Assembly (NCBI RefSeq): GCF_023585785.1
Contig: NZ_CP097765.1
Span: forward strand, 150,001-182,000
DNA length: 32,000 nt
DNA from: Blochmannia endosymbiont of Camponotus modoc
GTDB lineage: Bacteria > Pseudomonadota > Gammaproteobacteria > Enterobacterales > Enterobacteriaceae
Direction of reading: 5' to 3'
Shown here one piece after another: positions 10,070 to 19,979 of the stretch; the stretch's first letter is position 1, and every line of letters starts with the position of its first letter. The notes beneath the pieces were generated by a model. The model worked only from the letters and a program-made list of their open reading frames with translations. It did no database searches and had not been told where the DNA came from. Made by a program: the position numbers and the translations under genes.

Positions 10070-11151
10070 TATTCTAACTCTAATAATTTATTAAGTTGAT
10101 CAGATTGATGTTGATTAATGATAGGTTGTATCAAGATATCTAATTCTCCGTTCATTATTTCATTTAATTTATATGATGTAAAAGAAATACGATGATCAGT
10201 AATTCGGCCTTGTTGAAAATTATATGTACGAATTCGATCAGACCGATCTCCAGTACCTAGTAAGTTACGCCGGGTGTAGGATACTTCTTGTTGTCGACGT
10301 TTCGTTTCAATAGCATGCAATCGCGAACCCAGTACTGATAATGCTTTGGCTTTATTTTTATGTTGTGAGCGTTCGTCTTGGCATTCCACAACCAATCCAC
10401 TTGGTACATGGGTAATACGAATTGCTGAATCGGTAGTATTTACATGTTGTCCTCCTGCACCTGATGATCGAAAGGTATCGATTCTTAAATCATGAGGATC
10501 AATACTAGGTAATTCGATATCTGGTATCTCTGGAATTACAGCGATTGTGCAAGTGGAAGTATGAATGCGACCTTGAGATTCAGTATGTGGTATTCTTTGA
10601 ACACGATGTCCTCCAGATTCAAATTTTAAGAGACTATATGCACCTTTATAAGGAATTTTAGTAATAATTTCTTTATAACCACCGCATTCTCCATAAGTAG
10701 CATTGATAATTTCCATTTTCCATCGACGAACCTCTGAATAACGAGCATACATTCGAAATAATTCTCCTGTAAAAATTGCTGCTTCTTTTCCGCCAGTTCC
10801 AGCTCGTAGTTCAATAAAACAACCTAGCTTATCATTGGAATCAGTAGGTAATAGTAGTATTTTTAAGTTCTTTTCAATATCATTCCGATTTAAGTAGAAT
10901 TTTTTTAGCTCATCTTGCGCGATATCATGCATATCTATATCTGTAAGCAATTTTTTTGTATCAATTATTTCTTGTTTTATATCTAACCAACGTTCAAAAC
11001 AAACAACTATTTCAGATAGTCGAGCGTGTTCCTTAGCTAATATACAAAAACGTTTTTTGTCATCAACAGCATTGGGTTTACTGAGTAATTTTTCTAATAC
11101 ATTAAAACGTTCCTGTAAAGCTATTAGTTTATTGACAATGATAGGATTCAT
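10069..11151 (-). CDS. prfA: Peptide chain release factor 1
   Basis: The 360-aa ORF has the GGQ motif ([21 protein letters not shown]), a PxT tripeptide ([10 protein letters not shown]), and near-identity to E. coli RF1 through the C-terminal half. Confidence 0.96.
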   Translation of the reverse strand: MNPIIVNKLIALQERFNVLEKLLSKPNAVDDKKRFCILAKEHARLSEIVVCFERWLDIKQEIIDTKKLLTDIDMHDIAQDELKKFYLNRNDIEKNLKILLLPTDSNDKLGCFIELRAGTGGKEAAIFTGELFRMYARYSEVRRWKMEIINATYGECGGYKEIITKIPYKGAYSLLKFESGGHRVQRIPHTESQGRIHTSTCTIAVIPEIPDIELPSIDPHDLRIDTFRSSGAGGQHVNTTDSAIRITHVPSGLVVECQDERSQHKNKAKALSVLGSRLHAIETKRRQQEVSYTRRNLLGTGDRSDRIRTYNFQQGRITDHRISFTSYKLNEIMNGELDILIQPIINQHQSDQLNKLLELE

Positions 11152-11832
11152 ATATCTTTATCTTAAGGAGAGCTGGATTTTTGTTTAGATAAAAATTGAT
11201 AACATCAATAATTACCAATATAATTTAAGTATATATTGCGTTTTTGAAGATATTATTGATTTTTTTTATATGCCATAAATTATATTTAGACTATATTTGC
11301 ATGTGAATACTAATATAACTATACACGTTTGTTTATAAATAATATTAAAGTATCAACATACCAGAATGGTATCATATATTTTTTATTTATAAAATAATTT
11401 AATTTTTATTTTTTAAAACATATGTACCTTGTGAGTAATAAATATTTATTATTAAATAGATTTTCAATAATCATTAAGGATTGTATTTGTATATATAATT
11501 AATATTATCAAAAAAGTGTTTAAATTTTTTATTAATTTAAATGATCCTTGATCATTATGATTATTTACTTAATAAAGTAATATGTATACACATAAATATC
11601 TGAATAAATAGTGAAAGTTAAAATATTGGAATTTAAAGAATTAAATAGAAAAAAATTGTGTGTTTTTTAAAAATGTTAAATAAAAAAAAATTTAATAAAT
11701 ATTTAGATAATTCAAAACATTATTTTTCTTGATTAGTAGATAGATGATTACATTTAAGATATGAATTTTAACGTGAATGAAATAAATAAAATTTATGTTT
11801 TCGCAAATAGTTTTTTAAATTTTAATATTTAA

Positions 11833-12450
11833 ATGTATCAGCATAGGTGTTTTAGAGTGTTTGGTATAGTGATGTTGATCTGTGTTTCCTGTGTTTATCA
11901 TCATAATTTTGGTTTGTATGAAGATAAATTGGTATGTATGTGGAATAATCATAAGAAATCAATATCCCGGATATTTTATTATCAAACACAAGGTACTATT
12001 ATTTATTCAGTTAATCACCAAAAGAAGATGCATTTTAGGTTTATTTGGATTCATAATAATGATAATAATTATTGCATGAAATTATTTAATATTTTTGGGT
12101 TAACTATCATTTCTATATCTGTAGAAAATGGAGTTGTTTGTATTTTAAATGGTATAATTTATAAAAATAATGATTTTAAAAATGAAATACAAAAATGGAT
12201 TGTGGATTTCAACTATTTTTTGAAACAATTACAACAATGGATAATTGGATTACCTGGTAGTAATGTAGAATATAATCTGAATACTATCGGCTGCTTATCT
12301 CATGTAAATTGTTGTTATGGCAATAAAAATATATCCATATATTATCGTCATTATTATACTAATAGTATACCAATTTTACCTAAAGTCTTGGATGCGTATT
12401 ATGATCAACATCATATTAAGCTAGTAATTAATAATTGGAATGTACGATGA
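11833..12450 (+). CDS. lolB: Outer-membrane lipoprotein LolB (lipoprotein localisation receptor)
   Basis: The 205-aa ORF is divergent from prfA and upstream of ispE, as in E. coli. Motifs LQQWIIGLPG (E. coli LRQWILGLPG), YQTQGTIIY (YQTRGAFAY) and the C-terminal IKLVINNWNV (IKLKMDNWIV) match. The N-terminus is hydrophobic with Cys residues (MLICVSC), and the lipobox is atypical. Confidence 0.85.
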   Translation: MYQHRCFRVFGIVMLICVSCVYHHNFGLYEDKLVCMWNNHKKSISRIFYYQTQGTIIYSVNHQKKMHFRFIWIHNNDNNYCMKLFNIFGLTIISISVENGVVCILNGIIYKNNDFKNEIQKWIVDFNYFLKQLQQWIIGLPGSNVEYNLNTIGCLSHVNCCYGNKNISIYYRHYYTNSIPILPKVLDAYYDQHHIKLVINNWNVR

Positions 12451-13334
12451 ATTATCAATGGCCCTCTCCAGGAAAACTCAATTTATTTTTATACGTAACT
12501 GGACGTCGTTCAGACGGTTACCATTACTTACAGACATTGTTTCAATTGATTGAGTATGGTGATACGATCAAAATATTTGTCACAAATAATGGTAGAATTA
12601 GATTATTTACTATTATGAATGATTTGGTATGTCGTGATAATTTAATTATACGAGCAGCAAAATTATTACAATATTATTGTTGGCCAAATAAAAAGCCGGT
12701 ATTCGGTGCAGATATTTTTCTTGATAAAGTATTGCCTATCGGCTCTGGTTTAGGAGGCGCTTCTTCTAATGCGGCAACTGTATTAATGGTACTTAATCAA
12801 CAATGGCGATGCTATTTGAACAAACATGTTTTAATGTATTTAGGTTTGATGCTAGGAGCTGATGTGCCAGTTTTTCTGTACGGGCGTTCAGCATTTGCTG
12901 AAGGTATTGGAAATATATTAACACCGGTTTTTGTTCCTAACAAATGGTACCTCATTCTTGTTCCGCCGATTCGAATTAGTACTTCGTGGGGTTTTCAAAT
13001 GTATGAATTAGAGAGTCATTGTTATTCTCCGTTTCGTTCGATGAGAGAGTTATTGTCTGTTTCATTTCATAATGATTTCGAAGAAGTTATAAAAAAAATA
13101 TCTCCTGAAATAAAGATGTTTTTTGCGTGTTTGTCGCAATTCGCATTAGCACGACTGACAGGAACAGGGTCTTGTATTTTTTCTGAATTTAAGACTGAAC
13201 ATCTTGCTTATCAAGTTCAAAGTTATTTACCATCATGGATCAACAGTATTATAACACGAGGAATAAATCTATCTCCATTACATCAAAAATTATTAAAATA
13301 TACTACATATAGTAGTATAATTTTTTTATGTTAA
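12447..13334 (+). CDS. ispE: 4-diphosphocytidyl-2-C-methyl-D-erythritol kinase
   Basis: MNYQWPSPGKLNLFLYVTGRRSDGYHYLQTLFQ matches E. coli [33 protein letters not shown]. The GHMP kinase motif PIGSGLGGASSNAA is present. The ATG at 12447 forms an ATGA overlap with the lolB TGA. The track's TTG at 12435 is less likely. Confidence 0.93.
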   Translation: MNYQWPSPGKLNLFLYVTGRRSDGYHYLQTLFQLIEYGDTIKIFVTNNGRIRLFTIMNDLVCRDNLIIRAAKLLQYYCWPNKKPVFGADIFLDKVLPIGSGLGGASSNAATVLMVLNQQWRCYLNKHVLMYLGLMLGADVPVFLYGRSAFAEGIGNILTPVFVPNKWYLILVPPIRISTSWGFQMYELESHCYSPFRSMRELLSVSFHNDFEEVIKKISPEIKMFFACLSQFALARLTGTGSCIFSEFKTEHLAYQVQSYLPSWINSIITRGINLSPLHQKLLKYTTYSSIIFLC

Positions 13335-13419
13335 TAAATGCCTTACTATCATCGTCATTATTAATGATATAAATACTTAATAGTATTAGCAAATATAAAA
13401 TTATGAGATGTTTCTAAAT

Positions 13420-14358
13420 ATGAAACTGTTTACTGGAAATGCTATTCCAGAATTAGCCCAGCGTATTGCTAATAGATTATATATTAATCTCGGTAAGGCT
13501 TCTGTTGGTCGTTTTAGTGATGGAGAAGTAAGTGTTCAAATTAATGAAAATGTGCGTGGTGGAGATGTGTTTATTATTCAATCGACTTGTGCTCCAACGA
13601 ATGATAATTTAATGGAATTAATTGTTATGGTTGATGCATTAAAACGTGCGTCAGCCGCTAGAATTACTGCTGTAATTCCTTATTTTGGATACGCTCGTCA
13701 AGATCGAAGAGTGCGATCTGCTAGAGTACCTATTACCTCTAGAGTTGTAGCAAATTTTTTATCTAATGTAGGAGTGGATCGTATTTTAACGGTAGATTTA
13801 CATGCCGAACAAATACAAGGATTTTTTGATGTGCCAGTAGATAATGTTTTCGGGAGTCCAATTTTATTGGAAGATATGACGAAACAGAATTTTAATAATC
13901 CTATTGTAGTATCCCCAGATATTGGAGGAGTAATACGTGCTCGTGCTATTGCAAAATTACTTAACGATACTGATATGGCAATTATAGACAAACGAAGGTC
14001 TCGCGCTAATATTTCTCAAGTTATGCATATTATTGGAGATATATGTAATCGTGACTGTATATTGGTAGATGATATGATTGATACCGGAGGAACATTGTGT
14101 AAAGCTGCAGATGTTTTGAAAGAAAGAGGAGCTCGCCGAGTATTTGCGTACACTACCCACCCAATTTTTTCTGGAGATGCTTATGAGAATATTCAAAATT
14201 CTATGATAGATGAAATTATTGTTTGTGACACTATTCCATTAAAACCAAAAATAAAATCTTTATCTAATGTGCGTGTATTAACTTTATCTGGTATGCTTGC
14301 TGAAACAATTCGACGTATTAGCAATGAGGAATCAATTTCTGCTATGTTTGATCATTAA
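13420..14358 (+). CDS. prs: Ribose-phosphate pyrophosphokinase (PRPP synthetase)
   Basis: Near-identical to E. coli Prs from [21 protein letters not shown] to [11 protein letters not shown]. The in-frame ATG at 13408 is an alternative start. Confidence 0.96.
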   Translation: MKLFTGNAIPELAQRIANRLYINLGKASVGRFSDGEVSVQINENVRGGDVFIIQSTCAPTNDNLMELIVMVDALKRASAARITAVIPYFGYARQDRRVRSARVPITSRVVANFLSNVGVDRILTVDLHAEQIQGFFDVPVDNVFGSPILLEDMTKQNFNNPIVVSPDIGGVIRARAIAKLLNDTDMAIIDKRRSRANISQVMHIIGDICNRDCILVDDMIDTGGTLCKAADVLKERGARRVFAYTTHPIFSGDAYENIQNSMIDEIIVCDTIPLKPKIKSLSNVRVLTLSGMLAETIRRISNEESISAMFDH

Positions 14359-14371
14359 TAAGATTATGTTG

Positions 14372-14399
14372 TGTATATAAAAATATTAATTTATATACA
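14372..14399 (+). terminator. Candidate intrinsic terminator hairpin downstream of prs
   Basis: A 10-bp stem (14372-14381 pairs with 14390-14399) with an 8-nt loop begins 13 nt after the prs stop and is followed by the T-rich ATTGTATTTTCTTC. The stem is almost all A/T, so it could arise by chance in this composition. Confidence 0.3.
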
Positions 14400-14598
14400 T
14401 ATTGTATTTTCTTCATGTTAATCGTTTTACTATCATTTTAATGATAGAGGATTTAATATAATACTAAAGTATATATGATGAAAATATCAAATGATTTTTA
14501 ATGTATGTATGTGTGTTCAAGTAAAAATATATTTATAACGTAAATATTGGGGTTAATTACATTTAAATTTATAAAATTGCGTAGTGGTGTATATAATA

Positions 14599-15201
14599 AT
14601 GACTATTAAGCTCATTGCTGGATTAGGAAATTCTGAAACGAGTTATTTTAATACCAGGCATAATTTTGGTTCCAGATATGTTAAATCTTTGGCAACAAGA
14701 TACAAAGTAATACTAAGTAAAAATACTATATTGTGTGGATATGTTGGGCGATTAAAATTAGAAACCAATATTGTGCATTTATTAATACCAGATTCGCATA
14801 TGAACAATAATGGCCTTTCAATATCTAAATGTGTTGATTTTTATCAATTATGTCCACAGGAAATATTGGTTGCACATGATGATCTTGATTTACCACCTGG
14901 TGCAATGCGAATTAAATTAGGTAAAAACGTTAATAACAGTCATCGTGGCGTAAAGGATGTTATTGTTAAACTTCATAATAAATATGATTTTTATCGTTTA
15001 CGTATTGGGATAGGTCATCCTGGTAACAAAAGTAAAGTCATTGATTTTGTGTTAAATAAACCAACTATTTATGAAAAATATAGGATTAACCATGTAATTA
15101 ATGAAGCAATACTACATACTGAAAGTATAGTTAATAAAAAATTTATTAAAGTTATGAATCAACTACATTCCTATAAGCCTGATGTTTTATGGAAATGTTA
15201 A
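14599..15201 (+). CDS. pth: Peptidyl-tRNA hydrolase
   Basis: MTIKLIAGLGN....TRHNFG, ILVAHDDLDLPPG and FYRLRIGIGHPG.K.KV..FVL.KP match E. coli Pth. The ATG at 14599 aligns with the E. coli start. The track ORF begins at an upstream GTG (14584). Confidence 0.93.
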   Translation: MTIKLIAGLGNSETSYFNTRHNFGSRYVKSLATRYKVILSKNTILCGYVGRLKLETNIVHLLIPDSHMNNNGLSISKCVDFYQLCPQEILVAHDDLDLPPGAMRIKLGKNVNNSHRGVKDVIVKLHNKYDFYRLRIGIGHPGNKSKVIDFVLNKPTIYEKYRINHVINEAILHTESIVNKKFIKVMNQLHSYKPDVLWKC

Positions 15202-15286
15202 TTTAAAAATGTTTAATTTTAATTATAAAATATTGGTTGCGACAGTAAATTTTAATATATATTTTTGTTGATTGTTAAAAAATTTT

Positions 15287-16363
15287 ATGCAAATTGATTG
15301 TGGTATTATCGGATTACCGAATGTGGGTAAATCTACTGTATTTAGCGTATTGACTAATACACCTGTTAAAATAGCTAATTTCCCATTTTGTACTATTCAT
15401 CCCAATATATCTGTGGTTCAGATACCTGATCTGCGTGTATATCAATTAACAGATATTGTTTCATCACATGAAACAGTACATGGTAAGATTAAATTTGTAG
15501 ATATTGCTGGTTTAATAAAAGGGGCTGCTCAAGGTATTGGTCTAGGCAGTAAAATTTTAAATCATATTCGAACAACAAAAGTATTATGTCATGTGGTACG
15601 TTGTTTTGATGATAACCAAACTGTTCATGTTTTTAATGATATAAATCCTTGTAGAGATGTGGACATTGTTAATACCGAACTTATATTATTTGATATTTCT
15701 CAGTGCGAACAAAGTATTTGCACTTTACAAAAAAAATATAAACTTATTAATGAAAATATTGAACAGCAGCTATTCGTATTAAAAAAATGTTTGGATTATT
15801 TATATGAAGGAATTCTTTTGAGGAGGGTACATTTTTCTAAGACAGAAAGAACGAATATTGAAAAATTTAATTTTTTAACTAACAAACCAATTGTTTATTT
15901 TGCTAATATTGATGAAAAATCTGTTACGAATAATATCTATTTAAATAAATTGCGCGCATTGGCATCTAATGATAACATACCATTAATCTCATGTTGTGCA
16001 ATGTTATCTTTATTAAAAAATAGAGACGATTGTGTTAAAGTAGCTATGAAACAGCAAAAAGACATATTGTATGATATAGTTAGTGTCATTTTTTCTGTGT
16101 TGGATTTACGTACTTTTTTTACCATTAATTCACATATGACACGTGCTTGGATATATGTAGCTGGAATGACTGCATTAGAAGCAGCTAAAAAAGTACATAG
16201 TGATTTTAAAAAGGGTTTTATTCGTGTTCAAATTATTAAGTTCGATGATTTTATTTTTTATTGTGGGGAATTAGGTGTAAAGAAAGTTGGTAGAATATGT
16301 TATGCAGGTAAAGATTATTGTGTGAAGGATGGGGATATATTGAAGTTTTTATTTCAAATTTAG
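15287..16363 (+). CDS. ychF: Ribosome-binding ATPase YchF (Obg-like)
   Basis: CGIIGLPNVGKST.F..LT, ANFPFCTI.PN, FVDIAGL.KGA and the C-terminal GKDY.VKDGD...FLF match E. coli YchF. The gene is adjacent to pth, as in E. coli. The ATG at 15287 is preferred over the TTG at 15272. Confidence 0.93.
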   Translation: MQIDCGIIGLPNVGKSTVFSVLTNTPVKIANFPFCTIHPNISVVQIPDLRVYQLTDIVSSHETVHGKIKFVDIAGLIKGAAQGIGLGSKILNHIRTTKVLCHVVRCFDDNQTVHVFNDINPCRDVDIVNTELILFDISQCEQSICTLQKKYKLINENIEQQLFVLKKCLDYLYEGILLRRVHFSKTERTNIEKFNFLTNKPIVYFANIDEKSVTNNIYLNKLRALASNDNIPLISCCAMLSLLKNRDDCVKVAMKQQKDILYDIVSVIFSVLDLRTFFTINSHMTRAWIYVAGMTALEAAKKVHSDFKKGFIRVQIIKFDDFIFYCGELGVKKVGRICYAGKDYCVKDGDILKFLFQI

Positions 16364-16393
16364 TGTGTTATCTTAAAAAATTTTGGGGGTAGT

Positions 16394-16453
16394 TAACAAC
16401 AATAGCTCGGACTATTGTTTTTATAAAAACAATAGTCCGAGCTATTGTTGTTA
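16394..16453. terminator. Perfect 60-nt palindrome between convergent ychF and ybhL; putative bidirectional terminator or RNA-processing hairpin
   Basis: Every position i pairs with 32847-i from 16394 to 16453, checked base by base. Each 30-nt arm is also self-complementary: AACAATAG-CTCGGA-CTATTGTT at 16398-16419 and AACAATAG-TCCGAG-CTATTGTT at 16428-16449. There is no flanking U-tract outside the stem. Confidence 0.5.
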
Positions 16454-16470
16454 TATGCAGCTATTTATTG

Positions 16471-17181
16471 TTAACGGCGATTTCCAAAAATACGAACTAT
16501 CATTAAAAATAAGTTAATAAAATCTAAATATAAAGTTAACGCTCCTATAATCGAGTATTTACGAAATTGATCATGATTATCTATAGATAAAGATGCTCCT
16601 ATAGATTTGAGTTTTTGAGTATCATACGCAGTTAAACCGACGAATATAATAACGCCAACATATGTAATGAGCCACATTAAAGCTGTATTTTTCAACCATA
16701 AATTAACCATTGAGGCTAGTACTATACCAATTAGTGCCATAAATAATAAATTACCAAAACTGCTTAAATCTCGTTTAGTAGTATATCCATATAATGTCAT
16801 TGCTCCGAACATACCGGACGTCACGACAAACGCGCTAGATATGGACGACGTAGTATACAGTATAAATACACTGGATAAGGTTAAACCTGTTAACATTGAA
16901 TACAACATAAATAAGGTAGTTGCTAAAGAACCACTTAATCGTGTTACCATACCAGACAGAACAAATACTAATGCTAGTTGACCAATAATTAGACTAAAAA
17001 ATATTATTTGGTTAGAAAATAATAATTGAAGTATTGCCGGAGTTCGAGAAGCGTACCAAGCAACAAAAGCTGTCAACAATAATCCGCAAGACATCCACCC
17101 AAATACTTGCAAGATATACGGCTGTATTGCGTTATTGACTTGTTCTGACGCTGTGTTTTGAAAACGGGGAAATTGATCCAT
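16471..17181 (-). CDS. ybhL: BAX inhibitor-1/YbhL family inner-membrane protein
   Basis: From MDQFPRFQ... the protein is highly similar to E. coli YbhL (MDRFPRS..., VYGWM..GLLLTAFVAWYA, LYGYTTKRDLS.FGN.LFMALIGIVLAS, GLTAYDTQKLK, LTLYLDFINLFLM..RIFGNRR). The ATG at 17181 is preceded by AAGGTGA. The track ORF has a 15-aa non-homologous extension. Confidence 0.9.
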   Translation of the reverse strand: MDQFPRFQNTASEQVNNAIQPYILQVFGWMSCGLLLTAFVAWYASRTPAILQLLFSNQIIFFSLIIGQLALVFVLSGMVTRLSGSLATTLFMLYSMLTGLTLSSVFILYTTSSISSAFVVTSGMFGAMTLYGYTTKRDLSSFGNLLFMALIGIVLASMVNLWLKNTALMWLITYVGVIIFVGLTAYDTQKLKSIGASLSIDNHDQFRKYSIIGALTLYLDFINLFLMIVRIFGNRR

Positions 17182-17369
17182 ACTTATCACCTTCAAAAAT
17201 AATTGAAATAAAAAATTTACGTACATTATATCGTAAGCAAATCATGTGATCAACAAAATGTTTTATAACATCATTTTAAAAATGAATGTGAAGTTTAAAT
17301 GAACATTAAATAATTGTATATCTTACTTTATCAAAAATAATAACCGAAAATAAATTATTGTTTAAATAA

Positions 17370-18065
17370 TTATTTTAAATAATAATGTTGAATGGGATCT
17401 GCGTTCTTGTCAAATTCATATATTAATGGAACACCTGTTGGCACATTAATGTGAAATATTTCTGATTCATTTAAGCGATTAAGAAACTTTATTATAGCAC
17501 GTATGGAGTTGCCATGGGCAACGATAATAATTGTTTGATCTTTTTTAATATGAGGTATTATGGATCGGTTCCAACAAGGGAGTACTCTTTTTAAGGTTAG
17601 TTCTAAACTTTCACTACTAGGTAATTCATCACTACTGATGTTAGCATAACGATTGTCATTTGTTGCAATAAATTGGTTATTTCCACAAACGTTTGGAGGA
17701 ATAACATTGAAACTGCGGCGCCATTTTTGAATTGTTTTGTAGCCATATTCTTTTATGGCTTCATCTTTATTTAGTCCTTGCAGTGCCCCATAATGACGTT
17801 CATTTAGTCGCCAAGATTTTTCTATCGGTAGCCATGCCTGATCTAACTGATCTAATATGATCCATAAAGTATGAATTGCTCGTTTTAATACTGAAGTATA
17901 TCCATAATTAAAAAGAAATCCATTTTTTTTTAATATTTTACCAGCGCATTGCGCTTCAGAACGTCCTTTTTCTGATAAGTCTACATCAACCCATCCAGTG
18001 AATCGATTTTCTTTGTTCCATTGACTTTCTCCGTGTCTTATTAAAACTAATTTAGTTACATGCAT
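17370..18065 (-). CDS. gpmA: 2,3-bisphosphoglycerate-dependent phosphoglycerate mutase
   Basis: [46 protein letters not shown] and [12 protein letters not shown] are near-identical to E. coli GpmA. The protein ends at ...YYLK, so it lacks the roughly 19-aa C-terminal tail of E. coli GpmA. Confidence 0.95.
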   Translation of the reverse strand: MHVTKLVLIRHGESQWNKENRFTGWVDVDLSEKGRSEAQCAGKILKKNGFLFNYGYTSVLKRAIHTLWIILDQLDQAWLPIEKSWRLNERHYGALQGLNKDEAIKEYGYKTIQKWRRSFNVIPPNVCGNNQFIATNDNRYANISSDELPSSESLELTLKRVLPCWNRSIIPHIKKDQTIIIVAHGNSIRAIIKFLNRLNESEIFHINVPTGVPLIYEFDKNADPIQHYYLK

Positions 18066-18350
18066 AATTTGTTCTCTTATTTTTTTGTTTACGAATATAC
18101 GAAGTATATTATATACTGCTTGTTTTCGATTAGCTATTTAATTGTGTGATGCGTAATATCGAAATAAACTTAAACTGTTAATATGTGCATATACAAATAA
18201 TATTTTTATTTTAATGTAGTTGAAAAGTGACAATTTTTATGAATTATATAAAAAATTAAAATAGGTTTGTAGTCCCATACTGAAATACGGTCACATATAA
18301 TATTGTTTTTTATTTATATTTTGATTTATTGTCGTAAAATGAATAAATAT

Positions 18351-19364
18351 ATGATACAAATTGTTTATGTAGTGAGCCCGGAAAGTCAGCAAATTCATGT
18401 TTGGAAATTAGATAGTATTCATGGGCTACTAGAATTAATGCAGGTGATATATACTCACGGACATGCACAACCTATGGCTGTGCATCCTAATAAACGATTT
18501 TTATATGTTGGAATACGTCCCAATTTCGGAATTACTACTTATTGTATCAATCAGATGGGGTTATTAACGGATAATGGGACAATTGAGATCCTTAGTAGTC
18601 CCACTCATTTGATTAGCGACAAAAAGGGTACATTTTTGTATTGCACATCTTATAGGAATCACACGGTAAGTGTGATTCCTATAAGTATGTCAGGAATGCT
18701 TCTTAGTAGTCCTATACAAATTATAGAAGGTCTGTTAGGGTGTCATTCTGCAAATATAGATAAATTCAAAACATTACTTTGGGTTCCTTGTCTGCAGGAG
18801 AATGCTATTAGGTTATTTAACATAAATTCGTTTGGAATGTTGACACCATACGATCCATCTATTATTAAAATTAATATTGGTTCTGGTCCACGTCATATGA
18901 CTTTCTATGATTTCGATTGTTACGCATATGTCATTAATGAATTAACGAGTACTGTTGATGTTATAAAATATGATAATTTTCAAAAAAATCCAAGTATCGT
19001 TCAAACAGTAAGTATAATTCCAAAAAATATCAGCATTAACCGATGTTGGGCAGCTGATATACATATTACTCCTAATGGGCGTTGGTTATATTGTTCTGAT
19101 AGATCTAGTAATATTATTAGTTGTTTGGAGATTTCTAAAAAAACAAAAAAATTGAAATTTGTTGGTTATCAACTCACTGAGGAACAGCCGCGTGGTTTTG
19201 CAATTGACTATCAGGGAAAGTTTTTAGTGGCCGCAGGTCAAAAATCAAATTATATCTCTTTATATAAGATTAATTCAGATAATGGAAAATTAACTATGTT
19301 GTCTCGTTATTCATCGGGAAAGGGTCCTATGTGGGTTAGTATTATGGCGTTGAATTGCAAATGA
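18351..19364 (+). CDS. pgl: 6-phosphogluconolactonase (YbhE type)
   Basis: [20 protein letters not shown] matches E. coli [58 protein letters not shown] and GQKS..IS.Y are also conserved. Alternative starts are at 18339 (ATG) and 18303. Confidence 0.9.
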   Translation: [337 protein letters not shown]

Positions 19365-19942
19365 GTATACAATAAGATTATTCATTCTTATATGATGATG
19401 ATCGGGTAAAACATAATTTTTTATAAATATAATTTATATGTACTTATAGATTAATAGTAAATTTATATAAATATATCTGTGTTTTATATATTCGTGTTAA
19501 GAATATAGAAATTATAATCGGATAAAACTACCCGTTTAGGTATGTTGTTGGTAAGTATAAAACAAGGTTTATCATTATAAAATAATACGATTTTAGATTC
19601 TGTCTTATTATAAGTATAATAAAAACACAAAAACTTTTTTATTTTGTTATTTTCCGATGTTTGTTTTATCAGATTGTTAACTGATAATCTTAAAAATTTA
19701 TAATATACTTTTTTAAGTAAAGTGTATAATGGGGAACGTTAAAGACAGATAACGTGAGATAGGATCTTTTTTTAAATTTGTTATGATTGTTTGTGATTAT
19801 TTTTGAATTATATGATTATTTATCATGAATATTCATCTTGAGTAATGAAATCTACAGATTTTAGAAAGATTTTAGATATATTAAATATTTTTTAAACAAA
19901 AAACATTTACTTATTCTAAACATTTTTTAATTTTTTGTGAGT

Positions 19943-19979
19943 AAAACACATACTCATATATCATATGAGTATGTGTTTT
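19943..19979. terminator. Perfect 17-bp hairpin with a 3-nt loop in the pgl/cpoB convergent spacer; terminator-like on both strands
   Basis: AAAACACATACTCATAT-atc-ATATGAGTATGTGTTTT. Positions 19943-19959 pair with 19963-19979 without mismatch. A-run and T-run ends give a U-tract on either strand. It lies about 580 nt past the pgl stop and about 425 nt past the cpoB stop. Confidence 0.4.

Noticed and set aside
10560-10610. The RF1 stop-codon recognition tripeptide reads P-H-T rather than the E. coli P-A-T.
   Set aside because: The motif is defined as PxT with a variable middle residue, so this is within normal variation and does not indicate altered stop-codon reading.
11164-11170. A strong AAGGAG on the plus strand just outside prfA, considered as a ribosome-binding site for a small gene.
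   Set aside because: The only start downstream at suitable spacing is a TTG followed by a stop after 3 codons (TTG TTT AGA TAA). It is a chance occurrence in the prfA 5' region.
14430-14447. Small A/T hairpins in intergenic regions (CTATCATT-TT-AATGATAG here, and TACCTT-GAGC-AAGGTA at about 6227-6242), considered as regulatory elements.
   Set aside because: The stems are short (6-8 bp) and nearly all A/T, without adjacent U-tracts or a positional rationale. They are expected by chance in DNA this biased.
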